A stretch of DNA of 64,000 nt, taken from assembly GCA_934131005.1 (NCBI GenBank), contig CAKOYV010000001.1:13216-77215 (forward strand), read 5' to 3'. Origin of the DNA: an uncultured Bacilli bacterium (GTDB lineage: Bacteria; Bacillota_I; Bacilli_A; RF39; UBA660). The notes below the pieces were generated by a model. That model had not been told where the DNA came from. It made no database searches and saw only the letters and a list, made by a program, of their open reading frames with translations. The translations under genes and the position numbers were made by a program. Of this stretch, positions 31,810 to 41,749 are shown piece after piece. Within the stretch, counting starts at the first letter, position 1. Each line of letters starts with the position of its first letter.

Positions 31810-33535
31810 CTATTTTTTTACTATTACATTATTACTATTTACATTTTTAAAGTCATTAGTTGAATCATTTGCTTTATCTAATATCCAAGCTTTTTCATTA
31901 TCCGATTTTACATAAATCGTTGTTTTAGCAGGTAAAATAAGAAATCCCTTATAATTAGTAAGATTATCAAAACTTAATTTTGATAAATCTAAAACTAACG
32001 TTTTGCCATTATCATAAGCAGCCCAATTAAACATTGATCCAACATTTGGATTATTACTAAAATTAAACTTACTTCCCAAATCTATTGTATATTCATCACA
32101 AAATAGACAAGAATTTTGAAACATTCCACCCATATTTGTCGCACTCTTTGGATTAAATTTATCTCCCAATTTTAAAACAGCTGATTTTTGATTTCTCGCA
32201 TAATTTGAAAACATACCTGCCATATTTTTAACATTTGATGTATCAAATTTATCTCCTAAATTAAGCATAAATTTATTTTTGTTGCCTATATCAGCAAACA
32301 TTGAATCCATATTTGTAACATTAGAAGTATCAAATTTATCTCCTAAATTCAATTCAGAAATAGTCATTTCTGAAAACATTCTCCCCATATCCGTTACATT
32401 AGAAGTATCGAATTTATTTCCCAAATTAAGTGTAAAATTCAAATTAGAACTTCCACTACATCTCCAAAACATTGTACCCATATTCGTTACATTAGAAGTA
32501 TCAAATTTTTCTCCCAAATTAAGTGTAAAATTACTACTATTATATCCTAACTCCATAAACATTCTAAGCATAGTAGTTGTCATTGAAGTATTCAAATTAC
32601 TCATATCAACTGCCTCAGCATTTTTCAAATAAGCCAAAAATACCATTGCCTTTTTGATATATATATCTTCATTACTTCCAACATACAAATCATAATATCC
32701 ATCACTACTATTACTATTAAGCCATGCCACTATACTATTATCTTGAGCCTCTGATACATCCCACTGTACTACCGACTTACTTGTATCTATATAATCAACA
32801 AATGAAACATTCTTAATCTTTTCTTTATATTCATCTGCCCTAAAATAATCACTAGTAGTTTGCCACGTAAAATCTTTCATATAGTTAAATTCTCCAACAG
32901 TAGAGGTTGCTCCTGTTCCATTAGAAGAAGAGAAATTAATAATGGCATTATATTTACCTGTGTCTGTTTGATTTTCATCTACTTCATCTATCCAAATAAC
33001 CATATAATATGTCTTTGATGCTCCCTTTCTCAAAGTTAAATCACTATCAAATCTAGCATTATTTAAACTAGCATAATGACTGTTATAATCACCATAAGTA
33101 TTTTTATCTTTTATAAGTCTCCACTTTAAGTTAGGCATTTTATCTATATTTCCAAATTTTATACTACCATTAACTTTAACTGTTGCTGTCCCTGTATTAG
33201 TAACTTTAATTGAATAAACTTGACAAACAGTGTTCTTATTACCATCTACGCAACTATAATCACTAGAAATGGCTGTTGCTAAGCCTTTTTCTAATTGTGG
33301 AACCAAATTCTCATCATTGGAAGGATACTGATCAACAACTTCTAAAGATAAATCAGCATCTCCTGCTGTACCTGCAATACTATTATTACTAGCCGTTAAA
33401 GCATAATATGCATATGTTCCCCCTATTATCAATAGTGCATAACAAAATATTCCTACAATTATTAAAGCTACTCTCCTTAATTTAATACTTTTGCCCCCCC
33501 CCCCAATTAACCTTTAGTTTATAATTATTTTTCAT
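31810..33535 (-). CDS. Surface protein paralog D: poly-G leader, shared N-domain type 2, BspA/DUF285-type repeats. Out of frame as sequenced.
   Basis: RBS aagaggt plus ATG at 33535 opens MKNNYKLKVNWGGG, then G11 (33494..33504), which gives a stop after 17 codons. G10 or G13 would join KSIKLRRVALIIVGIFCYALLIIGGTYAYYALTA... of ORF 31810..33432. Confidence 0.7.
33494..33504 (-). repeat. Homopolymeric G11 tract inside the 5' coding region of paralog D
   Basis: Counted directly: ttgCCCCCCCCCCCaatt. Confidence 0.95.
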
Positions 33536-33639
33536 AAATATACCTCTTACTCTTATCATATCTATTTACTATTTTACCAAAAACAAGAAAAAAAATAAAT
33601 AGAAAAATATCAAATAATTTTCTACTTTAATAATAATAT

Positions 33640-34575
33640 CTACACATAAAAACTAGTATCATCCAAAAATTTATAATCTTCTTTATACTTAAGCTCTCTA
33701 ACCAATCTAAATAAAGCCATATCACATCCTTTAGCTTCTAGCATTATATCAACATCTTGATCAAAAGTCTTTAAAATATTCAAAAAACTAATAAAAGCAT
33801 CACTATCTATAAACTCATTATGAGCCCTATAATCTCGTTTATTCTTAGGCGACGAAAAATGAATCTTCGGACGCATATTCTTCCAAGTTAAAAATACCTC
33901 TTCCAAATATTCACTTATATCCAAACCAACATTATTACAAAGAAAATGATGATAATCCAAAACTACAGGAATATTTAATTTTCGTGATAAATAAAGACAA
34001 TCATCAATCGTAAAAACTTTATCATCATTCTCAATAGCAATACATTCCTGCAAATAACTAGGCAAAGCATTAAAATTATTAATAAACCGCGTCAAAGATT
34101 TTTCCTTACCAAAAGTACTACTCCCTACATGAATTAAAATAAGCTTCTTAGCACATCCCATATAATCAAGCAAATCATAATGATATTTCAATATCTCATA
34201 AGCATTATTTCTAACACTCTCCTTAGTACTATTTAAAACACAATAAACACTAGGATGCATATCAACTCTCATAGAACTGTCTTTAAGAATATTAGCAATC
34301 TTTTTATAATAAATATCATATTCACTACCATAAGAAAATTTAACTTGTGGATGTGTAGAAAGAGGAATTATTGCAGAAGACATACGATAAAAATGCACAT
34401 TATTGCACCTATTATACTCAAGTATTCTTATCAAATCTATCAAATTAGACTTAATAACCATATCTAACTTGGAAAAATCATTAGCATTTTTAAATCTTGT
34501 ATATGTATAATTAGAAGAACTAGTAACATTATCTAAACTCTTACATATACAAGCATATCCTAATCTTATTATCAT
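33640..34575 (-). CDS. uvsE: UV damage endonuclease UvsE (UVDE)
   Basis: Starts MIIRLGYACI with RBS taggtgg upstream, at the ATG at 34575. TIM-barrel UVDE blocks: RMSSAIIP, IHVGS, IAIENDD and LDYHH. Confidence 0.8.
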   Translation of the reverse strand: MIIRLGYACICKSLDNVTSSSNYTYTRFKNANDFSKLDMVIKSNLIDLIRILEYNRCNNVHFYRMSSAIIPLSTHPQVKFSYGSEYDIYYKKIANILKDSSMRVDMHPSVYCVLNSTKESVRNNAYEILKYHYDLLDYMGCAKKLILIHVGSSTFGKEKSLTRFINNFNALPSYLQECIAIENDDKVFTIDDCLYLSRKLNIPVVLDYHHFLCNNVGLDISEYLEEVFLTWKNMRPKIHFSSPKNKRDYRAHNEFIDSDAFISFLNILKTFDQDVDIMLEAKGCDMALFRLVRELKYKEDYKFLDDTSFYV

Positions 34576-34614
34576 TAATACCACCTATTAATAGTATTAA
34601 CCAAAATATCTTTC

Positions 34615-35217
34615 TTATCCTTTATTAATAATTTCTTTTAATTTAGAAATATTATTATCATCATACACAAATTTTTCAACTATACTACCATCCTTAAAAG
34701 AAATTATACCATATTTTAAATTTTTCTTAGCAATAATATTATTAGTATTATATCCCTTTAAAACATCTCCATCAGAATATCCTAACTGATCATATATAGT
34801 TTTAACAACAACATTATCATTATAATCAATAATACCATATCTTTCTGTCTTTTCAACAATTATATATTCTTGATTAATAAAAGCATAACTATCATAGCCA
34901 CTAGTAACTACATTTCCTGTTTTATAATTAAATAAAACCAATCCATTCTCTTCCTTCAACAATGCATAATCATCATTAATAATCCCCTTATAAACAGGGC
35001 AAGTATTATACCAGCAATCATAAGTAGAATAAAGTTTTTTTGATCTATCACTAACCTCTGTAGTGCACAAATCATTATCACATTCATAAAAATAAAGTTT
35101 CTTACTCATATTAGAATATTGATAATTAATCTTATAATCCATAACCATCAACAAAATAACTATCAATTCTAAAAAAAGACAAACAATCCAAACAACCCTA
35201 GACCATTTAATCCTCAT
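34615..35217 (-). CDS. WG-repeat (KWG-like) containing membrane-anchored protein
   Basis: TM helix, then repeated xYGIIDxxxNxVV / KYGIISFKDGSIV units. The start is probably MRIKWSRV at 35217. Confidence 0.5.
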   Translation of the reverse strand: MRIKWSRVVWIVCLFLELIVILLMVMDYKINYQYSNMSKKLYFYECDNDLCTTEVSDRSKKLYSTYDCWYNTCPVYKGIINDDYALLKEENGLVLFNYKTGNVVTSGYDSYAFINQEYIIVEKTERYGIIDYNDNVVVKTIYDQLGYSDGDVLKGYNTNNIIAKKNLKYGIISFKDGSIVEKFVYDDNNISKLKEIINKG

Positions 35218-35233
35218 AAGTACCACACACCTT

Positions 35234-35626
35234 TTATTTATAAAATTTATATACCCCAACATAATCTATTTGCGATGTACTAGCCTTAAGATTATTACAT
35301 TCACTAGTCGTATATTCCAAACTATTAAAATTACTAATAGTACTACCAGATGCTAAATAAGAGTAACAATAACTATCTAGTCCCACCATAGAAAAAACAT
35401 ATTTACCACTAGCAGGAACTACACTATTAGAAACATCCAAAACAACACTTTGATCCAATTTATCAGTTGTATAATCTGACGCAAATGTTTCCGTCGATTT
35501 ATCAAGCATCCTCTCTCTTGCCGTAAGAGATGCCAAAATACCTAACAAAATCATTAAAAATAAAATAAAAATAGTATAAAGTGTTGACGCAATTGCAAAT
35601 CCACGATTATTTAATTTCATATACAC
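35234..35626 (-). CDS. Pilin-like protein with a degenerate prepilin signal
   Basis: 130 aa. MKLNNRGFAIASTLYTIFILFLMILLGILA resembles a class III signal (G|F), but the Glu at +5 is replaced. Confidence 0.45.
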   Translation of the reverse strand: MYMKLNNRGFAIASTLYTIFILFLMILLGILASLTARERMLDKSTETFASDYTTDKLDQSVVLDVSNSVVPASGKYVFSMVGLDSYCYSYLASGSTISNFNSLEYTTSECNNLKASTSQIDYVGVYKFYK

Positions 35627-35672
35627 ACACCCTATTCTAATTATAACTTAACAAAGAAAAAAAAGCAATCTC

Positions 35673-36344
35673 TTAATAGACATGCCAATCAATCTCGTGA
35701 ATGTTCTTACTCTTCAAATAATTATTTGTCCTAGAAAATGGCCTACTTCCAAAAAAACCATGATAAGCAGAAAAAGGTGACGGATGCGTAGATTCTATAA
35801 TAAAATGCCTATCATTCGTTATAAAAGCCTTCTTACTTCTAGCAAAATTACCCCATAGAATAAAGACAACCGGCTCTTCCTTTTCATTTATTTTTTTGAT
35901 TATAGCATCCGTAAATCTCTCCCAGCCTATATCTCTATGACTAGCAGCCTTATCTTTTTCCACTGTCAAAATAGCATTTAAAAGCAAAACTCCCTCACGA
36001 GCCCAACACTCCAAATCACCATATCTAGCAGGCTCTATACCTAAATCACTCTGTAACTCTTTATAAATATTCTGTAAAGATGGTGGTAACCTCACTCCCT
36101 TAGAAACCGAAAAAGCAAGCCCATTAGCCTCACCAACACCATGATAAGGATCTTGTCCCAAAATAACAACCTTAACCTTATCATAATCCGTCAAACTAAG
36201 AGCCCTCACAATCTGACTTTTCGGTGGAAAAACCTCCCTCTTATTATACTCACTATTAATAAAATCAACTATTTTTCTAAAATACTCTTGATGATACTCA
36301 TCTTGTAAAACCATATCCCATTTATTCCCAACAAGCTTTAACAC
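35673..36344 (-). CDS. ung: Uracil-DNA glycosylase
   Basis: 223 aa with VVILGQDPYHG, GVLLLN and HPSPFSA motifs. Confidence 0.95.
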   Translation of the reverse strand: MLKLVGNKWDMVLQDEYHQEYFRKIVDFINSEYNKREVFPPKSQIVRALSLTDYDKVKVVILGQDPYHGVGEANGLAFSVSKGVRLPPSLQNIYKELQSDLGIEPARYGDLECWAREGVLLLNAILTVEKDKAASHRDIGWERFTDAIIKKINEKEEPVVFILWGNFARSKKAFITNDRHFIIESTHPSPFSAYHGFFGSRPFSRTNNYLKSKNIHEIDWHVY

Positions 36345-36364
36345 AACAAATACTTCCTTTCTAC

Positions 36365-36856
36365 CTACTCCGAATAACTAGCAGGGCAACTACTCCCACC
36401 ACTAACCTTTTCTACTCTGTATGAAGTCTTTTTACTACTTCCATTAACAACCTTTACAATTCTTATTTCACAATTACCAATATTCACACCATCCATAGGA
36501 TTTCTAAGAATCTTTCTACCATCACTTTCATTAGTCGTACCAGTCGTCAAAAACCCATTACTAACTAACGTTTGTAAATTAGTACTAATAGATTTACCAC
36601 TAATAACTACCCTTTCCGAACTAACATTACCACTCTGACCATCATACTTATAAATATCACTACCACCATACTCAACTTCATTATATAAAGTACTACTAGC
36701 CGTAACAATATTACTAACCAAAATATTATAACTAGCCTTCTTCCCATTATTAATACTAGACAAAACAGATGGCACAGCTATTCCACCCAAAAGAGCTATA
36801 ATAGCAACAACAGCCAGTAATTCTATCAAAGTAAACCCACGATTATTTAGCATCAT
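36365..36856 (-). CDS. Prepilin-type N-terminal cleavage/methylation domain protein
   Basis: 163 aa. MMLNNRGFTLIELLAVVAIIALLGGIAVPS is a canonical class III signal. Confidence 0.8.
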   Translation of the reverse strand: MMLNNRGFTLIELLAVVAIIALLGGIAVPSVLSSINNGKKASYNILVSNIVTASSTLYNEVEYGGSDIYKYDGQSGNVSSERVVISGKSISTNLQTLVSNGFLTTGTTNESDGRKILRNPMDGVNIGNCEIRIVKVVNGSSKKTSYRVEKVSGGSSCPASYSE

Positions 36857-36916
36857 ATCACACCCTTAAACAAATTATATAACAAAAAGACATTCTTTAC
36901 AAGCGAATGTCTAAGA

Positions 36917-37162
36917 CTAATCAAGATTCCCCTTACCACAATCAACAAGAATTATATCATCACCTATCTTAACAATCTGATTCCATAACAAATAAGTATC
37001 TTCTCGATTATTAGAAAAAAGCTTCCTCGTAGGTTTTCTATCTTCTAACAACAACTTAACAATATTACCACTCCTACTTACAATAACATCAATTATAACT
37101 CCAATCCTCCTACCAGTAGCAATATCTATTATTTCTTTAGTCTGCAAATCAGATAAATTCAT
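36917..37162 (-). CDS. YlmC/YmxH-family PRC-barrel sporulation protein
   Basis: 81 aa. LQTKEIIDIATGRRIGVIIDV...VKIGDDIILV fits the YlmC/YmxH pattern. It lies downstream of sigG. Confidence 0.7.
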   Translation of the reverse strand: MNLSDLQTKEIIDIATGRRIGVIIDVIVSRSGNIVKLLLEDRKPTRKLFSNNREDTYLLWNQIVKIGDDIILVDCGKGNLD

Positions 37163-37220
37163 AATACCACCTATACTAATAATATGACTAAATACTTAAA
37201 GTATGAAATAGTAAAAAATA

Positions 37221-37994
37221 TTATTTAACGTACTTTTTTAAACTCTTAATAACATTCTTCTCAATTCTTGATATCTGAGCTTGACTAATTCCCAACTCCT
37301 CTGCTATCTCCATCTGTGTCTTACCTACAATAAATCTAGATTCCAAAATATTTCTCTCCCTTGGCTTAAGTTTATCAATAGCTCTATCAAGTGCCAATTT
37401 ATAATCCAAATCATACTCTTCCTTTTTGTTACTAATTTGATCATACAAATAAATAGTATCTCCCCCATCATTATAAATTGGCTCATACATACTAACAGGC
37501 TCTCTTAAACTATCCAAGGCATTAGCAATATCATATTCACTAACATCTAAAATTTTAGCAAGCTCCTTATCACTAGGCTCAACCCCATTACTAGTAGCCA
37601 TCTCCTCACGAAGTTTAAGTATTTTATACGCCAAATCCTTAACACTTCTACTAACTCTAAAAGCTGAGTTATCTCTTAAGTAACGCTTAATTTCCCCCGT
37701 AATCATGGGTACAGCATATGTTGATAACCTAACCCCATAAGAAGTATCAAAATTATCAATTGCCTTAACAAGTCCTAAACAACCAACTTGAAACAAATCA
37801 TCCATATTATCAACTTTGTTAGAAAATTTCTTTAATATAGACAAAACTAACTTTAAATTACCCTCAACCAACCTTTCTCTTGCACTAACATCCCCCTCTT
37901 TTAATAATTCAAACAACTTATTAGCCTCTTCATTACTCAAAACTTTAATATTCGCAGTATTCACGCCACATATTTCTACCTTATGACGTGCCAT
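37221..37994 (-). CDS. sigG: Sporulation sigma factor SigG
   Basis: 257 aa. MARHKVEICGVNT..., DLFQVGCLGLVKAIDNFD, STYAVPMITGEIKRYLRDN, EPIYNDGGDTIYLYDQIS and GISQAQISRIEK are colinear with Bacillus SigG as I recall it. Confidence 0.85.
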   Translation of the reverse strand: MARHKVEICGVNTANIKVLSNEEANKLFELLKEGDVSARERLVEGNLKLVLSILKKFSNKVDNMDDLFQVGCLGLVKAIDNFDTSYGVRLSTYAVPMITGEIKRYLRDNSAFRVSRSVKDLAYKILKLREEMATSNGVEPSDKELAKILDVSEYDIANALDSLREPVSMYEPIYNDGGDTIYLYDQISNKKEEYDLDYKLALDRAIDKLKPRERNILESRFIVGKTQMEIAEELGISQAQISRIEKNVIKSLKKYVK

Positions 37995-38054
37995 AAAAAA
38001 ATCTCCTTTCGTACCTGTTATGATACAAAAGAAGAAATTTTATACAAAAATTAT

Positions 38055-39275
38055 TTAATCCTCATCTTCCAATAACCAATCAATTATATTTTTATGTATT
38101 ATTCCATTTTGTGAAAAATCAAATGTATCTGTAGATATAACATATTTAGGATAATTATCTCTAATATCATCATAAACTCCAAATTCTCTATCGATTATCC
38201 CATCATTTAATTGATAAGCAACTTGAAAATATGCCTTTTTTGATGAATTTGTCGCAATAAAATCTATTTCTCCATTTTCTAAAGTACCTACCCAAACATC
38301 ATACCCTCTAGAAATCAACTCATTATAAACAATATTTTCTAAATATGCTCCCATCTGTTTTTTTCTCTCACCATTAATTACTTGCCCCAATCCTAAATCA
38401 GTCAAATAATATTTATATTTACCACTTAAAATTCTCTTACCACGTACATCATACCTATCAGCTTTATGTATCAACAAAGCCCTACACATATATTCCAAAT
38501 AATTATAAATAGTGATTTTAGAAACTTCCTTATTTTCCTTCAACAGATAATTAGAAAGACTTTCTGCTGAAAAAATTTGTGAAGGGGTAGTCAAAATATA
38601 AGTCAGTATTTTGCTAAACAAATCTAAATCTTTTATTTTAAATCTTTCAACTATATCTTTTACAACAATAGAATTATAAACATCAGACAAATAAACTCTA
38701 GTTTGAGAAATATCATCCATCGCAAATCTTTGCGGCATTCCTCCCCAAATAACATAATCATCAAATTCCCTCTTTAATTTATACTTATCCTTATCAATAA
38801 TTCCTTTTAAGCAACATACCTCCCTAAAAGTAAAAGGATATACTTTAAAACTTACATATCTCCCAGCTATATGAGTAGCCAATTCTCCAGATAATAAATC
38901 ACTATTAGAACCTGTTATAAATATAGAAACTCCATCACTATACTTAGCCTTCAAAGAATTTATTGCCTTCTCCCACTTATCAACATTTTGAATTTCATCA
39001 AAAAACAAATAATATTTTTTATCATTTTTCAACTTATTTTCTACATAATCATTAAGTGCACGAGCATCTGTCAAATCTGCATAATCAAAAAATTCAAAAT
39101 TAATATATATAATTTGTTCAGACTCTATCCCCTTCTCCTTCAATTCCTCCATAATTTGCATCAAAATAACTGATTTACCACATCTTCTTATTCCCGTTAT
39201 AACTTTAATTAAATCTTGATCATAAAATGGTCTTATCTTTTTTAAATATTTTTCCCTTTTTATCATAGAAATCAT
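38055..39275 (-). CDS. AAA-type ATPase with DUF4143-like C-terminal domain
   Basis: 406 aa. Walker A GIRRCGKS, Walker B LFFDEIQ, C-terminal GEIDFIA...YFQV. Confidence 0.65.
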   Translation of the reverse strand: MISMIKREKYLKKIRPFYDQDLIKVITGIRRCGKSVILMQIMEELKEKGIESEQIIYINFEFFDYADLTDARALNDYVENKLKNDKKYYLFFDEIQNVDKWEKAINSLKAKYSDGVSIFITGSNSDLLSGELATHIAGRYVSFKVYPFTFREVCCLKGIIDKDKYKLKREFDDYVIWGGMPQRFAMDDISQTRVYLSDVYNSIVVKDIVERFKIKDLDLFSKILTYILTTPSQIFSAESLSNYLLKENKEVSKITIYNYLEYMCRALLIHKADRYDVRGKRILSGKYKYYLTDLGLGQVINGERKKQMGAYLENIVYNELISRGYDVWVGTLENGEIDFIATNSSKKAYFQVAYQLNDGIIDREFGVYDDIRDNYPKYVISTDTFDFSQNGIIHKNIIDWLLEDED

Positions 39276-39370
39276 CTCCTAAATACAGTATAACCAAATA
39301 TTTTTTATTTGTCAATTTTGTTTAGTACACTGTACAAAATATTCCTATAATTACTTTTTGTTTAGTTAAA

Positions 39371-39404
39371 TAAAAAATTATCTTAACTATTAATCAAGAT
39401 AATT
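39371..39404 (-). terminator. Rho-independent terminator after the atypical sigma gene
   Basis: 9-bp stem aattatctt/aagataatt, followed on the minus strand by a T-run. Confidence 0.5.
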
Positions 39405-39409
39405 CCTAT

Positions 39410-40384
39410 TTATTTTTTTAATACTTTTAAGTGTTGATTATTTTTACGTTTTTTGTTCAATTCTCTCTTTAATTTTGGAATTAAATAATTATAAAATTTA
39501 GATCTTTGCTCCTCTGTAAAACTTCTAGATGCAGGTTTATTCAAATCATCACCAAATCTAAATCTTATTAAATCTACCTCATCACAAGATAAATCAGACA
39601 AAATAGACATAACCTCATCATGAGAATAACCCTCCAAAAGTTCAAAAAATGTCTTTGCCCCACAATAGCTATTCTTAGTTTTTTCAAAAAAAGATGGATT
39701 AATTGAAATAACATCTAAACACTCAAGTTGATTACCAATAATTTTTATTCCTTGCTTTACAAGTCTAGAAACATATGATTGAGACACTTGTAACATTGAA
39801 GCAATCTCTTTTTGACTATAAGCTCTACCATTTAAAAATCCAAAATACAATAAAGTAGACATTCTATAAGCCTTAGGCAATTCATCTACTAACTGTCTAA
39901 TAATTCTATATACTTCCGCCTTCTCATAATCACCAACCAAATCAACACAACTAGCTAGTACATCAATTATCATAAGTTCTCTACCTTCATCTTTATCAAA
40001 GAAAACTTTATTTATACTATCAACTTGTTCATGCTTTCTCTGGCTTTTCAAAAATTGTAATATTTCATTATTAATACATCTAAATGCATAAGTAGAAAAT
40101 TCAACTCCCCTAGACATATCATAAGTATCAACTGCTTTAATTAATCCTATATTCCCACTAGCAACCAAATCTTTTTTTAAGTAAGTAAAACTTTTAAATC
40201 TTTCTCCTACTACATATAAAACTAATCTAACATTATGAACTATTATTTCATCACGAGCCTTAAGCGAACCATTCTGCATTTTTCCTAATAATTCATATAA
40301 TTCCTCTTTCGTTAATTTACCTGGTAAATCACTACTATTAACAAATAATTCATAAGTATCCAACGTTATCTCACCCCCATTCAA
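39410..40384 (-). CDS. SigE/SigK-like sigma-70 factor with an extra roughly 95-aa C-terminal domain
   Basis: Region 2 is IVHNVRLVLYVV...GNIGLIKAVDTYD...STYAFRCINNEILQFLK; region 4 is YSQKEIASMLQVSQSYVSRLVK. A second region-4-like segment follows: TFFELLEGYSHDEVMSILSDLSCDEVDLIRFRFGDDLNKP. Confidence 0.65.
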   Translation of the reverse strand: MNGGEITLDTYELFVNSSDLPGKLTKEELYELLGKMQNGSLKARDEIIVHNVRLVLYVVGERFKSFTYLKKDLVASGNIGLIKAVDTYDMSRGVEFSTYAFRCINNEILQFLKSQRKHEQVDSINKVFFDKDEGRELMIIDVLASCVDLVGDYEKAEVYRIIRQLVDELPKAYRMSTLLYFGFLNGRAYSQKEIASMLQVSQSYVSRLVKQGIKIIGNQLECLDVISINPSFFEKTKNSYCGAKTFFELLEGYSHDEVMSILSDLSCDEVDLIRFRFGDDLNKPASRSFTEEQRSKFYNYLIPKLKRELNKKRKNNQHLKVLKK

Positions 40385-40421
40385 TATTTACTCGAACGGT
40401 TTCAATAATAACATTTTTCGA

Positions 40422-41723
40422 TTATTTTTGACGTTTTAACACCTTATATTTAAATTTTTCCTCTTCGAACGGTAATATAGGTAACTTATCACTAACTCTA
40501 GAAAAAGCTATCTTTACATTAACACCAGAACATGGAATATCCCTATCAACAAACACTCTAAATATTTCATCTAAGTAATCATTTAAATAATATTAGCTTC
40601 CATCTTCCTTTATAATATAATTATTCTCACTCACAAAACTATCATAAGATTTAGGCGTTTTATAACCAATAAAATGCTTATGCTGTTCAAATAAAAAATC
40701 TGCCAAAATGCCTCTAAAATTATAATAAGCTTTTTCTGTTAAAACAACACTAGGATTAAGTTCTATGTAATCACCATAACTCATTCGCCAAATAAATAGC
40801 CTAAAATCAAGCAAATCTTCATGTGAATAAACAAAATAATCCAAAACAGAAAACTTAACAACCTTATCATTAATAACTACATTACCAGCCATACTTTCAA
40901 ACAGAGCTAAAGCCATGTAATTATAATTATAACACTCTCGTTTCGTATTAACTTCATCTTGCTTCTTACCATCCAAATAACTAACCAACGATGAAGCCAT
41001 ATCACCACCTAAATACTCTCTAACCAGATTAATTAATCTATCTATAGACAACTTATACTTATCTTCAAGAAAACTAACCGGCTCTCCATTAATAATCTTC
41101 AAATAAACCTCTGAAAGAAAATCTTTTATAGCTTTGTCTGAATCAAAGCAATATAAAGAATTAATAGTATTGTTTATATTATTCATATATGAATAATATA
41201 AACTTAAATATTTAAATGGCAAATTAACCTCTTCCATTATTTCCATGCTTGTTTTAGAATAAGCTGCATCCATAAACGTAAGTAAACTTAATACTTTAAT
41301 ATTATTAATTTTTGATTCTAATCCTTTTTTATTATTATAAAACTTACCTACAATACCATTCTTAATACCACATAAATCTTTTTGCCTCAAACAACACTCA
41401 TAAAGCGTATCATAATATTCTAACATTAAATCATAACTATCAGGTGCCCCTAAGCCAAAGCATACGTAATTCAAATAGACAGGATTCTGACACTCTTCCT
41501 TCCTATTTATAGAAATAGCTTCCTTTATTGCCGTTAAAGCTCCATTTTTCAATTCATCTGAAACCTTATTATCATTAATTGTAGCAAGAAATTCACGATA
41601 ATCTTTTTGTTTTACAATTCTACTAACTTCAACTTTTGCAAAATTTTTAAATACAATATCATAGCTACATCCAACTATCTCACCATTTTTACAAGCAAAT
41701 CTTTTACTTTTCTCATTAATATC
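40422..41723 (-). pseudogene. Third copy of the roughly 400-aa module family. No ATG start, and an in-frame TAA.
   Basis: The frame stays open from 41723 (no ATG; the listed ORF starts at an internal TTG) and is homologous to both halves of the neighbouring 841-aa (from ATG 44275) protein. An in-frame TAA at 40593..40595 is followed, in the same frame, by YYLNDYLDEIFRVFVDRDIPCSGVNVKIAFSRVSDKLPILPFEEE, the conserved module tail. Confidence 0.6.
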
Positions 41724-41749
41724 CCCCTAAACTCTAACAATAAAATACA

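Noticed and set aside
32279-32632. Plus-strand 117-aa ORF with a striking internal repeat (VTLEVSNLSPK...)
   Set aside because: It is the antisense reading of the 26-residue BspA/DUF285 repeats of paralog D. The periodicity comes from the real minus-strand gene.
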